This document shows, piece by piece, positions 52,212-62,047 of a stretch of 64,000 nt of DNA. The stretch is from a virus. Its lineage: Duplodnaviria; Heunggongvirae; Uroviricota; Caudoviricetes. Positions within the stretch are counted from its first letter, which is position 1; the number at the start of each line of letters is the position of its first letter. The stretch is taken from positions 1-64,000 of IMG/VR virus record IMGVR_UViG_3300033148_007488; one strand, written 5' to 3'. The position numbers were made by a program, and so were the translations under genes. The notes beneath the pieces are model-generated. The model was not told the origin of the DNA, searched no databases, and worked only from the letters and a program-made list of their open reading frames with translations.

Positions 52212-54152
52212 ATGAGTAAAAACGCACTTGATAAAGGGCCAACAACAAAACCAATTGAGAAGCAAATGGAGGAAAACATTGCTCTCATGAAAAAAGGTTT
52301 TGACCATCAGTACAGAACCACAGTAGATGCTCTTCAGAACAGGATCACCACTCTGGAAGCTACGCAGCGTAAAGCGGCTATCCCTCCAAGCTTTCTTGTG
52401 AAACCTCTGGCAAAATCTTTTGATGACCATTTGGCTGAAGATTATCCAGGTATTCCAGCAAAAAGAGCACTTGAAATGCATTATGATCTGGCCCAATCCA
52501 GTCTTGGCAATGCCTCTTTTAAAGGGGAACAGCCAGCAGTTGGGCAGATGCAAAAATCTATGGGAGATTTTGCGGCTTTTCAGGGTACAAAATCTACATT
52601 TGCTGGTAAGTACAGCGAATTGCAAAAAGCATTTGGTGGGGAAGAATATGAGAATCTGGCTAAATCATTCTTAGGTGGTGCTGGTGCTCCTGGTGCTCCT
52701 GGTGCATGGTTTTCATTTTTGGAAGAAAATCTTTCCAGATACATCCAAAGAATCATTTTAGAGAATGCGGATACAACCGCCCTACAGTCCATTGCAACGT
52801 CAATCACTTCAAATATCATCCCTGAATTGGGACGTTTGAAAAGTTCAGGTGTTGGGTATGGAAAGCATACCATGGGACTCTCAAAAGAGGGTGGAACTTT
52901 CCAGTTTGGTGGTGGCCAATTGATGGATAGATTGACTAACAATCTTGTGCAACGTGGTATCAAGGCGTCCGTCACAGAATTATTACTTGGAAACAAGCAA
53001 AAGTTGATCGACAGGAATCCTTTGGAACTGGAACGTGAACTCAGAGTTCTGGAATTCAACTTGGGTATGAACCATAACTTGCTCTATGGAAATGATCAAA
53101 TCCATAAGACAGGCTCTACGATCAATGAAGTTTCTGGGTTTGAGCAGCAGTTAACAGATCCTACAACTGGGCATCCTGCTCATATTATGGATTGGGATGG
53201 TAAGGCATTGAATGCAACCACAGAAAACCCTCTCAATATATTCAGGAGAGTGGCTGAGGATCTGGTAGTCAATGGACATATCCCAGGCGGTGCGATCACA
53301 GGACGTTACACGACTCTTATCGATTACGGGGTATCTAATAATATCTCAACGGTAGTCGATGAAAAGCAACGTCTGTTAATCCAAAATTATGCTGATGCAG
53401 CTATCCAATATGGACAGCAATTCTCAGGATTTGTAACCGATTTGGGAACATTTCGGTTCAAAAGAAGTAAAACCCTCGATCTCACAGCCGGAGATACTTG
53501 GACATTAGATGACGATGTTCCACCTACAGCGATTATTTCAACGCTTGCAGGGGCAACTTTGAAAGCCGTACCAACGGGTGTATCTGATGAAAAAGAGGAC
53601 GCTGGATTTCCAGATAAATTGGATCTCCCAACAGGGAAATATCTTTATAGAGTTTCTGTTGTGAATGATCAGGCTGAGAGTAATATTTCAGCCGCTATTG
53701 AAACGACTACTGATGGAAGTACGCCAGCAGATGTCGCAGCTACACAGACAGTAGTAATTACAATTCCATATGAGACTGAATTTGCTGGTGGTGTTGTAGC
53801 AGGCGAAACGGTAACTCCTGCAAGATATTTCCTAATCTACAGATCAAATGCTGAAGAAGGGGCTACCCCCGCTGAAATGTCATGTATTGCAAAAGTGCCT
53901 ATTAACGGAACTTCAGCTACAACATACGTGGATTGGAATCAAAGAATCCCCGGAACGGCTCCAATGTTCTTTATCCCTAACGATCCTATGGACTTGGCTC
54001 ATTGTTCATTGACCCCAACTTATGAAGTGCCATTTTATGATCCGCTATTAGGAACAACCCGTCAGTGGCAAATCATGAACATAGGCGGATTGTGTATGTG
54101 GGCTCCCGTTAGGTGTTATTTAGTGAATAACGTCCCACGGTTCCCAAAATAA
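52212..54152 (+). CDS. Major capsid protein candidate (646 aa).
   Basis: It is the largest ORF, directly after the scaffold-like gene, and has a strong SD (AAAGGTAAAAAATG). I recognised no diagnostic motif, so the call rests on position. Confidence 0.45.
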   Translation: MSKNALDKGPTTKPIEKQMEENIALMKKGFDHQYRTTVDALQNRITTLEATQRKAAIPPSFLVKPLAKSFDDHLAEDYPGIPAKRALEMHYDLAQSSLGNASFKGEQPAVGQMQKSMGDFAAFQGTKSTFAGKYSELQKAFGGEEYENLAKSFLGGAGAPGAPGAWFSFLEENLSRYIQRIILENADTTALQSIATSITSNIIPELGRLKSSGVGYGKHTMGLSKEGGTFQFGGGQLMDRLTNNLVQRGIKASVTELLLGNKQKLIDRNPLELERELRVLEFNLGMNHNLLYGNDQIHKTGSTINEVSGFEQQLTDPTTGHPAHIMDWDGKALNATTENPLNIFRRVAEDLVVNGHIPGGAITGRYTTLIDYGVSNNISTVVDEKQRLLIQNYADAAIQYGQQFSGFVTDLGTFRFKRSKTLDLTAGDTWTLDDDVPPTAIISTLAGATLKAVPTGVSDEKEDAGFPDKLDLPTGKYLYRVSVVNDQAESNISAAIETTTDGSTPADVAATQTVVITIPYETEFAGGVVAGETVTPARYFLIYRSNAEEGATPAEMSCIAKVPINGTSATTYVDWNQRIPGTAPMFFIPNDPMDLAHCSLTPTYEVPFYDPLLGTTRQWQIMNIGGLCMWAPVRCYLVNNVPRFPK

Positions 54153-54740
54153 ATGAGACCTGAAATTCTCATCAGAAATTGGTTACTGAGTTGGTTTAAG
54201 CCTGACTTAGTAACCGATTACAACATATCAGCGAAAAGACCTCTGACAGATAAGAATTTCAGTGCATTTATAGGAATGTTTAAAGATGAATTTGGGGGAC
54301 AACAGTTCGATGATGATGAAAAGAAAACGTTAAAAGAGATTATTTTAAAACCACTTTCTTTTGGATCTGGATATCCTATTAACGAAAAAGAAGCGATAAA
54401 GACAGGGACCATTTATTTTGTCGGTGCTGGATGGCAACAATCAACTTCGCACCTCGGTGTTAATTATTGGGAAGGAAGAGCCGGAACACATATAGCAATA
54501 GTAGGAACAACGGCAGGATCTCCATTAAATATGGCAGAAACCAGCCTATTGCTTCAGGTGGTAACGGCACTTTTACTTTCAGGTCGTGGTTATTTCACTT
54601 CTTACCATATGTTGAACCCTATGGTTACAGAAACGCTTTATTCTCAAGATGAGGCAAATTCTATGGAAAAGGGGTTCTCAATAAGATCACTGACTATGAC
54701 ATACGAGTCAAAACGGAATGGAGTAACAACTAATGGGTAA
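54153..54740 (+). CDS. Hypothetical structural protein.
   Basis: ORF of 195 aa, coupled to the capsid-candidate stop. Confidence 0.45.
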   Translation: MRPEILIRNWLLSWFKPDLVTDYNISAKRPLTDKNFSAFIGMFKDEFGGQQFDDDEKKTLKEIILKPLSFGSGYPINEKEAIKTGTIYFVGAGWQQSTSHLGVNYWEGRAGTHIAIVGTTAGSPLNMAETSLLLQVVTALLLSGRGYFTSYHMLNPMVTETLYSQDEANSMEKGFSIRSLTMTYESKRNGVTTNG

Positions 54741-54960
54741 ACACCATAATTCTGAAAAAAAAATAGAATTACAGCCTAAAGAACAAACAGAATTACCACC
54801 TAAAAAGATTATCAGCTCAAAGCAGTTTATTCAAAAACTTAAGAGTGAAGTTAAGGGGATATCTGAAAATGTGCTTAATGCCTTTATTTCAATTTCTCCA
54901 AAATTGGACACTGAAGAAAATTACCGGAAAGTCTGGAATTCAACATTCAAACGAAAATAG
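54733..54960 (+). CDS. Hypothetical small protein.
   Basis: ORF of 75 aa. Confidence 0.4.
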   Translation: MGKHHNSEKKIELQPKEQTELPPKKIISSKQFIQKLKSEVKGISENVLNAFISISPKLDTEENYRKVWNSTFKRK

Positions 54961-54966
54961 GTTATA

Positions 54967-56694
54967 ATGGCAAAAATTTTTACTTTCTACGGTAGGGAAA
55001 TATTCGATCCCGGAGTATATTCTAAAATTCTTACAGTCGGTGATGCCGCACCTACTCCAAGCGGTGAAAATGCACTCATGATCATTGCTGAAGCGATCAA
55101 TGGTCCTGCATTTGGAGAAGTTGTATCCGTTGGAAGTATTACTTCAGCTAGACAATTGCTTGGAGATCAGGGACCAGCAATTGAGGCTTATTTTCAAGCT
55201 TCTAATCCTTCTTCATTATCAGCGGCTCAGGATATCAGAATTTTTAATCCAAGGGCTCTTGTTCAGGCGACAGGAATTATAGAAACAGTTGCGGCTGGTG
55301 CTGAGGCTTTCACAATAGATAGCCGTATTTATGGGCCTTCTGGGAACAGTGTCACAGTTAGTTTAGCTTCAACTTTAGCCACGGTTCATTTCCCATGGTC
55401 AGAAGATGATTTTCAACAGACGATTGATAATCCTGTCATGGATATTATTATGGCATCTGGATTTATCACGATAACCGCTACTACAATTTCTGTAGGGTTA
55501 ACAGGAGCCTTGGTTGATTTCACGTTCCTTGATTACCCTAAATTAATTGACCTGATAAATGCTATCGAAGCATCTGCGGTGGCTATAACGATTACGAGGG
55601 ATGCAAATATATCAGATCTCACAAATACTTTGGGGCTTTTTGACCATCTGGTAGGTGAAAATGATATCGCAACGTTGACCACGATCAAAGGAGACATGAG
55701 ACAGTTTGAAGACTTCCTTGTCTCTATTCCTGACCTTGAAGTCACAAGAGAAGCAACTGCTACGGTTATGGTTGATGATTTTTCTCTTACTCTTGCAGGG
55801 GGAACTTCAGGTGTTGATCCTGATGCTACTCAGTGGGGAAAGGTTTATGATGAACTCAAAACACAAAAATTTGCTGTTACATGTCCGATTGCTGACGGAT
55901 TAGCTACCCCATACGATGAAACACTAACTAAAGCGGTGATGGCACTTGATGAAAGTCACGCAATAGCTATGAATCAGCCAGACCAGAGAGGAAAGAAAAG
56001 ACAATCCTTTATTTCTGCTCACGGTGGGTATGGTTGGAGTGGTCAATTTGTTGCTAAACCTGCGGATGCAGCGGCAATCGCAGTTCTAGGAAATCTTCAC
56101 AATTCAGAGTACTCACAATTTTTTGGTGATGGAGTCAACGCAATTAATTTCAACGGGATTGAATACGCTCAACTTCCTTGTTATTTTGCGGTCAAAGCGG
56201 CTTCTATGTTTGTGGGTGGATTGGCAAGCAGAGTATTGACTGGGCAATCTGTGACAGCAATCAAAGCATCAACTGTTTATATTGATGCAGATAGAAAGAA
56301 ACTTCACAAGGCATCTGTTATATTCGCTATTGATGATGAAGGAACAAAAATCAGACAGTTCTTCTCGACATGGAAACAAACTGATGAACCGATGAAGACC
56401 GTCCCTTCACGGCAAAGATGTGTTTTACTCTCAGATAATGATGTTGCAAGAAAACTGGAATCTTGGATGGCCGGGTATCAGGATAGCGGGCTTTCTCCCT
56501 CTAATTCAGCGGGGAGAACTTACATTAGATCTATACTGAATTCGCATAAAGCACCCTCTGTTAACTGGGTAAAAAGTTATGGAGATGTAACCTTCTCATC
56601 ATCAGGAATAGAATTTGAGTATTCAATTGAAGACCATATTGTTCCAACAATACCAGAAATTGGGTTTGGAACAGTGAAATCACTTAACGTTTAG
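54967..56694 (+). CDS. Contractile tail sheath protein.
   Basis: The N-terminus 'FDPGVYSKILTVGDAAPTPSGENALMIIAEAING' parallels the sheath N-termini of T4 gp18 (LSPGIELKE..) and P2 FI (HHGVQVLE..). It is 575 aa and is followed by a tube-sized ORF. Confidence 0.6.
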   Translation: MAKIFTFYGREIFDPGVYSKILTVGDAAPTPSGENALMIIAEAINGPAFGEVVSVGSITSARQLLGDQGPAIEAYFQASNPSSLSAAQDIRIFNPRALVQATGIIETVAAGAEAFTIDSRIYGPSGNSVTVSLASTLATVHFPWSEDDFQQTIDNPVMDIIMASGFITITATTISVGLTGALVDFTFLDYPKLIDLINAIEASAVAITITRDANISDLTNTLGLFDHLVGENDIATLTTIKGDMRQFEDFLVSIPDLEVTREATATVMVDDFSLTLAGGTSGVDPDATQWGKVYDELKTQKFAVTCPIADGLATPYDETLTKAVMALDESHAIAMNQPDQRGKKRQSFISAHGGYGWSGQFVAKPADAAAIAVLGNLHNSEYSQFFGDGVNAINFNGIEYAQLPCYFAVKAASMFVGGLASRVLTGQSVTAIKASTVYIDADRKKLHKASVIFAIDDEGTKIRQFFSTWKQTDEPMKTVPSRQRCVLLSDNDVARKLESWMAGYQDSGLSPSNSAGRTYIRSILNSHKAPSVNWVKSYGDVTFSSSGIEFEYSIEDHIVPTIPEIGFGTVKSLNV

Positions 56695-56707
56695 CTGAGA
56701 GTATAAA

Positions 56708-57268
56708 ATGCCAACTTATGAAGAAACATTGTATGATGCTCCTCAACATTATAAGGATTCTCATGCTCTAGCTCCTGAGAGTTCGGACTTGAGATTTTTA
56801 CATGCTTCAGCAGCCGTGATAAAAGTAGGAGGAATCCCTACAGTTGCTATTGAAAATATCAATATCACCGTTCAGAATAATCGAACACCTATTTTTGTAT
56901 GCGGCTCTATTTCTGCTTTAGCCTTTGATGTGAGTGGGGTTTTAGTCAATGTTTCAGGCCAAATTGTCCAATTAGCCAGCATGTCATTGGACAACAGTTC
57001 TTTTTACCCCCAAAGTGAAAGTGATTTGATAGGGAATATCAATAGGGTTTTTAAAATAGAAATTATCATGCTAGATCATAAAAAAGATGATGCTAATGAT
57101 ATCGAAACCGATCCTATTTTCACCGTATTAAATTGTCAAAACACAGGACAGAATATCAATATTAACCCGACTACTAACATGAAGGATGCATTTACCTGTG
57201 TTGGTACATTTATGAACCGTAACCTCAAAGGTCCATTGAAAGATTTTAATAAAATACCCGTAACATAA
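56708..57268 (+). CDS. Tail tube protein.
   Basis: ORF of 186 aa, directly downstream of the sheath gene. Confidence 0.5.
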   Translation: MPTYEETLYDAPQHYKDSHALAPESSDLRFLHASAAVIKVGGIPTVAIENINITVQNNRTPIFVCGSISALAFDVSGVLVNVSGQIVQLASMSLDNSSFYPQSESDLIGNINRVFKIEIIMLDHKKDDANDIETDPIFTVLNCQNTGQNININPTTNMKDAFTCVGTFMNRNLKGPLKDFNKIPVT

Positions 57269-57289
57269 AAAACTTAATTAGGAGACGAA

Positions 57290-57754
57290 ATGAAAGAAGA
57301 TAAATCCGCTTCAAAAAAAGAAGCTGAGAAAATTACCGCAAAGAAACTCGAAAAACAGCAAAAAGAATACCGCAAACATGTAGAGGAACAGTTAAAAGAA
57401 TGTTCTTTCACGATTATTGATGATAAGAACTACTCACTTGTCTTCAACAAAGAAAAGTTTATTTTCCACCTTCCTTCCTTTTTAGAAAAGACTCAAATCA
57501 AAGCAATTGTATCACAAATAGCTTATAGCCCGTCTGGAACGCTTTCAGGTGAGTTAGATATTGAATCCAGCGGGGATCTTTCTCTTAGATGCAGGACCAA
57601 ACTTTTTACGCATATTTCTGTTTTAGCTGATAAAAATGACCTAAATCTTGATAGTTTGTCTGAAACAGAAGTATTCAATTTCGGGTATTCCATTTTATTG
57701 TCAGAGCAAGAATTTTTAGATCGGAAAAAAAAAGTCTCTACCGAAGAGCCGTAG
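57290..57754 (+). CDS. Tail assembly chaperone (gpG/E-like short form).
   Basis: It lies between the tube and tape-measure genes and ends just after an A9 slippery run (RKKKVSTEEP*). Confidence 0.55.
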   Translation: MKEDKSASKKEAEKITAKKLEKQQKEYRKHVEEQLKECSFTIIDDKNYSLVFNKEKFIFHLPSFLEKTQIKAIVSQIAYSPSGTLSGELDIESSGDLSLRCRTKLFTHISVLADKNDLNLDSLSETEVFNFGYSILLSEQEFLDRKKKVSTEEP

Positions 57755-58356
57755 ATGATGTCTTCTCTATTTACTGGCAATATAGAGATTATCATAAACT
57801 TGCAGCAAACAGCCCTGAGTACCTTTCTTTAACAGATGATGACGTTTTATTATGGCATCATACCAGATTGGCAAAGAATCATCTTGAAACCATGCAAAAA
57901 GGGTTTGACATTGAAGATGGCGAGCTGACAAGTGAGGAACTTTCTGGTAAGTACAAGGGTGGTACTCTTGGAACAAAATCTAAGAACTTTAATAAACTTC
58001 CAATTGATGATCAAAAAGAAGTTCTATATGCCAGCATTTCAGGCAAGGAAACAAAGGTTTCAAAAGATATAAAAGAATCACCTGTACACATATTTGTTAT
58101 ACAAAGAGTCAAAGTATTCTTAAAAAACTTGAAAGAAATAAATAAATTAAATGAATGGATAAAGCGATCATGTTCATTCCAAATATTTCTCAAGTTAGAA
58201 CTTGATGAAAAAAGAAAATACCACAATGCACTATTAAAATTTCATGATAAACACATGAAAGGGGAGTCTGCACCTAAACGGGTCTTGGATTCGTCTCCTA
58301 CCGTGGGAGTGGGCTTCCCTGATTTCAACGATTCCGCAAAATGGGCTAAAGAATAA
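57290..58356 (+). CDS. Tail assembly chaperone long form (gpGT/E+E'-like), produced by a -1 frameshift at A_AAA_AAA (57727-57733).
   Basis: The -1 frame is open from 57664 to 58356 with no stop. Slipping on the A9 run (57725-57733) joins ...DRKK to SLYRRAVDDVFSIYWQY...MQKGFD... and runs to the stop at 58356, which overlaps the tape-measure start. The track's separate ORF at 57868 starts at TTG and is unlikely to be expressed on its own. Confidence 0.5.
57725..57733 (+). other. A9 slippery run, the site of a programmed -1 ribosomal frameshift in the tail chaperone gene.
   Basis: CGG AAA AAA AAA GTC in the 0 frame. The -1 frame continues open into the downstream ORF. Confidence 0.5.
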
Positions 58357-60506
58357 TGACTGATTTATCTATAGGTATAACTACCAAAGGTGATGTTTCC
58401 GGTATTAAAGCTATTGGCAGAGAACATCAGGCCCTCTTCACACAAATCAAACAATCCTTTAAAAGCCTTCAAGAAAGATCTCCTATGCAACGGATGGCTG
58501 ACCGCCAAGTTGTTGATAGGAAAATGGGTGATCTTGAACGTAAAGCCAATGAACTTGAACGGAAAGTAGCTCAAGCCAAATTAGGACTTATTGAATATGG
58601 CCCAGCAGCAGGAACCGCAGGACCACCATCAGCAGGAACCGCAGCCGCAAAGCAATTCAAAACAGACCTTGAGCGTGTAAATTTGCAACGTACCGTAATG
58701 AGGACGGAAGCGTTTGAACGCCAAGCTGGGCAACAAGCAGGCGGTCCAAGTTTTATGGGTGGGGTTGGCAGAGCTGGAAGATTTACAGCAGGCAAAGCTT
58801 TAAAATATGGCGGTGCTATCGCTGGGATGGCAGGGGCCTATTCTTTGTTTTCTAATATTGCTGAAAGTGTTGGAACAGCAGAAGAGATGAATAAATCTTT
58901 TGCAATGGCTTTGTCCACTGGTCAAACTGGAATGGATCTTAAAGATAAAGAAGAATTCTTCAATATAAAAGATTCAATCAAAGAATTCGGGCAAACAGCT
59001 TATATTACGTCAAAAGACATGCTCCCTTACATCGATTTACTTAAAGAGATGAATGCGGAATATGCCATCATGGATGAGCTTACAGGAAAAATTAGACCTT
59101 TTGAATATGGGAAAGGCGGAGGTCCACAATCCGAAGCGTATAAAGAAAGTATTGCCAGAACCGCTAATATGGCTGGTCGGTTAAGCGTTGACCAATCAGT
59201 AATCAATGAATTTCTTAAAGGAGGAGTGAGATTAAGAGGAGAGGACCCTGTGACTGGTGGCAATATTGCTCAAATGCTGATGTCAAATGACAGGACTTCT
59301 CACATGGCCATGGAAGTTATGCAGTCCATGAATCAAGTTTTGTCAGCGACCGCACATGGAACGCAAAGTTTAGGAGCTTTTGGAATTTCGAATCTTCTCT
59401 ATACGATCAATAGAAGTGGCCCAGCCAAATATTTAGGCATGGGCGGTGCTCAAGCTATCATGAATGTTGACCAAGCATTCCGTGGTGGCGGTGGTAGTGA
59501 AAGTTTCCAATATTTCCAAAATCTAGCTTTAAATCCAGCTTTTCAGGAGCAAAATAGAGCAAAAACACGAGGCATGGGGAAAAGAGCAGGAGAGGAAACG
59601 GATTGGCAATCAGGTCTATATGATCAATATATCACAGATGCCTTGGTTGGGCTCGGGGCAATGGGGACTCCATCAGCATTAAAAAAAGAGTTCGAAAATA
59701 GAGGAATTGGTGGTGGAATTGGTGCTTACATCGATAAAATGTATAAATCCAGCGGAATGGATAAAACAAATTTTGCACGGGTAGCTGAACAATACGAAGT
59801 CAGTTATGGCGGAGATTTAAGTGCCGGGCGTAAATTTTTAATGCAGGAAGAACTCGCAAAAGGAATGGGGATTAATCCATCAGACATAGCCGTGATAACC
59901 GGGGCTGTAAAAGATGTAAAATATCGATACCGCCAGAAATTAGGCGGTTTCTCTGAGGGGGAAATTGAAGATATGCGCAAACAGGCGAAAGCTGGGAAAA
60001 TCACAGGAGTTGAAGCTTTTATTGGTGCCAAGTCAGAATCAGAAGAAGAATTTATTAAAGCTGGATTTGCTATAGCAGGAATTAAAGATGATGTTCGATT
60101 GCTGGTTACAAGATCTGTTATTAAAACAGCCACAACAGCGGCTGAAGCGGCAGCGGCAGGAGTTAAAGCTGCGGTCGGAGAAAGAGAGTCAGCCGTTGGA
60201 AGAATGAGGTATCGCAACAGTCCAGAAGGCAAAAGATTATCTGAAGAAGAATTCCACAAAAGCTGGAAGCCCTTATCTGATATATTTTCTGGTGCAACTC
60301 CACAAAGAAATTATGTTCAGGAAGAAGCACAACAAACATCTGATTTAGCCGAAGACGCAAAAAAAGGGGCTGCCCCTTTAATTACAAGTTCTTTTTGGGA
60401 AAAAGTCGGAAAGGATATAGCCATCGGTTTTATGAGTGCCTATAAGGACAAATCTAAAAAATCTCCAGGAACAATGAATATAAGCGGAAAACCAGAGGTA
60501 GATTAA
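58356..60506 (+). CDS. Tail tape measure protein.
   Basis: It is 716 aa, Gly/Ala-rich with helical segments, and lies immediately after the frameshifted chaperone pair. Confidence 0.6.
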   Translation: MTDLSIGITTKGDVSGIKAIGREHQALFTQIKQSFKSLQERSPMQRMADRQVVDRKMGDLERKANELERKVAQAKLGLIEYGPAAGTAGPPSAGTAAAKQFKTDLERVNLQRTVMRTEAFERQAGQQAGGPSFMGGVGRAGRFTAGKALKYGGAIAGMAGAYSLFSNIAESVGTAEEMNKSFAMALSTGQTGMDLKDKEEFFNIKDSIKEFGQTAYITSKDMLPYIDLLKEMNAEYAIMDELTGKIRPFEYGKGGGPQSEAYKESIARTANMAGRLSVDQSVINEFLKGGVRLRGEDPVTGGNIAQMLMSNDRTSHMAMEVMQSMNQVLSATAHGTQSLGAFGISNLLYTINRSGPAKYLGMGGAQAIMNVDQAFRGGGGSESFQYFQNLALNPAFQEQNRAKTRGMGKRAGEETDWQSGLYDQYITDALVGLGAMGTPSALKKEFENRGIGGGIGAYIDKMYKSSGMDKTNFARVAEQYEVSYGGDLSAGRKFLMQEELAKGMGINPSDIAVITGAVKDVKYRYRQKLGGFSEGEIEDMRKQAKAGKITGVEAFIGAKSESEEEFIKAGFAIAGIKDDVRLLVTRSVIKTATTAAEAAAAGVKAAVGERESAVGRMRYRNSPEGKRLSEEEFHKSWKPLSDIFSGATPQRNYVQEEAQQTSDLAEDAKKGAAPLITSSFWEKVGKDIAIGFMSAYKDKSKKSPGTMNISGKPEVD

Positions 60507-62047
60507 TGCCAGCTCCTAAAATAGTTATTTATTTTACCCCGGACATACAAGAGATAGGGCGTATCCCAATCAGTAGTATTGAGTTCGATACATCAAAATT
60601 CCCGAAAAGAGGGAGATATGAGATCAGTATCAAAGAGCCTTGTTTCATAGACGGGAACTGCTCTAGTCTTAAATCAGCGATTAAAAGTGACGCAGTTCTT
60701 AATTTTAAAAGTGTTTGTTTCGGTGAACAGACAAAGTATGTTTTTAAGGTTAATGATTATTTTGAAATCTGGGATACAAGAGATCCAGATGATGAATGGT
60801 GTTATTTTAGAGGGGTTGTTAATCAAACATCCAGTAGCTATACAGGGGATAAAAGAACTTTTAGCCTTTCCTTAGAAAATGCTGGTGGTTGGGCATTAGG
60901 TGACAATTCTGTCTATTATTTGGGGCAATTGATTGTCACCAAAGCTGAAACTCCAGCCAAATTTTTTAATGTTATTAAATCAAAATTTGGCTGGATTAAG
61001 GCAAACGGTGATCTGACAGAAAAAGGGAAAGCAATAAATTTCAATTTAATAAAAAAACCTTCTGAACTCCTTGAAACATTGGTTGATTTATATGCTAATG
61101 AACGAATAAAAATACTAAAAGAGGAATTCTATGGAGATGAATCAATAAAATCTATTGGATTCAAAACAGGTGTTGAAATTTCGAAAGAGACTGTATTTAT
61201 TGCTAATCGTTTGTCAAAAATGGAAGGTTCAATCCTGAATATTCTAACTCAATTTGAAGGTAGACCTTTTAACGAAATATTTATAACAGAAAATGAATAC
61301 CAAACAAAAGTTATTTGGAGAAATTCACGGTGGAGGGATTTCAATGAAAAATTATGTATGGGAGATCTTGCTGGTGATCAGGAAAACTTGATTATTCTTA
61401 ACACAGGCGAACGCTCAAGAACAGATAATTACAATAATTTAGGATATAAAAATGTAAGAGAATATTCCAATATGATCACTGAGAACGTAAATAAAACCAA
61501 CGCTGATGTGATCAACGCAGTTTTCATTTATCCACCTTCATTAAGCACTAACACATCTGTTTCTACTGTGGTGATTGCTCAGACTTCTTTCGATATAAAT
61601 GGGGCTAAAAACCTGCTTGATTTGAATTCAACAATTAGGCATGGGTATCGCCCTATCAAGCTTGATCTACCTTTTATTCCTGGCTATATTAGTGGAAAAG
61701 CCTTTAGTAAAATGAGTATATCAAAAAGAAAATCAGTGAAGATTTCCGAATCAAAAAGCAGCGGGGAATATTTAAGCGAACACACAGAAATTGCCGCTTC
61801 AATGTACCGAAATATCCAAAATTCAGGAAATGGAGCCAGCGCATTCCAAAACAATCTTCATTGTACGGTAGCCGATGATTTTAAGATTACGAGATCCATT
61901 CAGGAAGAGGATTTTTTTGTCAATGTGAATAAAATAACTTGGTATTTTGATGCTGACACACCAAGAACTGTTCTTGAATGGGATAGAGGGTTTGAACAAC
62001 TAAAACAAGAAAGCAGACCAGACAACTCTCAAATAGGTTTTTTCTAA
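60506..62047 (+). CDS. Tail/baseplate protein (distal tail or hub position).
   Basis: ORF of 513 aa, coupled to the tape-measure stop (TAATG). Confidence 0.45.
   Translation: MPAPKIVIYFTPDIQEIGRIPISSIEFDTSKFPKRGRYEISIKEPCFIDGNCSSLKSAIKSDAVLNFKSVCFGEQTKYVFKVNDYFEIWDTRDPDDEWCYFRGVVNQTSSSYTGDKRTFSLSLENAGGWALGDNSVYYLGQLIVTKAETPAKFFNVIKSKFGWIKANGDLTEKGKAINFNLIKKPSELLETLVDLYANERIKILKEEFYGDESIKSIGFKTGVEISKETVFIANRLSKMEGSILNILTQFEGRPFNEIFITENEYQTKVIWRNSRWRDFNEKLCMGDLAGDQENLIILNTGERSRTDNYNNLGYKNVREYSNMITENVNKTNADVINAVFIYPPSLSTNTSVSTVVIAQTSFDINGAKNLLDLNSTIRHGYRPIKLDLPFIPGYISGKAFSKMSISKRKSVKISESKSSGEYLSEHTEIAASMYRNIQNSGNGASAFQNNLHCTVADDFKITRSIQEEDFFVNVNKITWYFDADTPRTVLEWDRGFEQLKQESRPDNSQIGFF

Noticed and set aside
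52188-53059. Several minus-strand ORFs (52188..52625, 52580..53059) inside the capsid-candidate gene.
   Set aside because: Shadow ORFs within a long, well-supported plus-strand gene in a uniformly plus-strand operon.
57868-58356. Independent 162-aa ORF upstream of the tape measure gene.
   Set aside because: The track start is a TTG. The frame is open far upstream to 57664 and is reached by a -1 slip from the preceding chaperone ORF, so I interpret it as the frameshift extension and not a separate gene.
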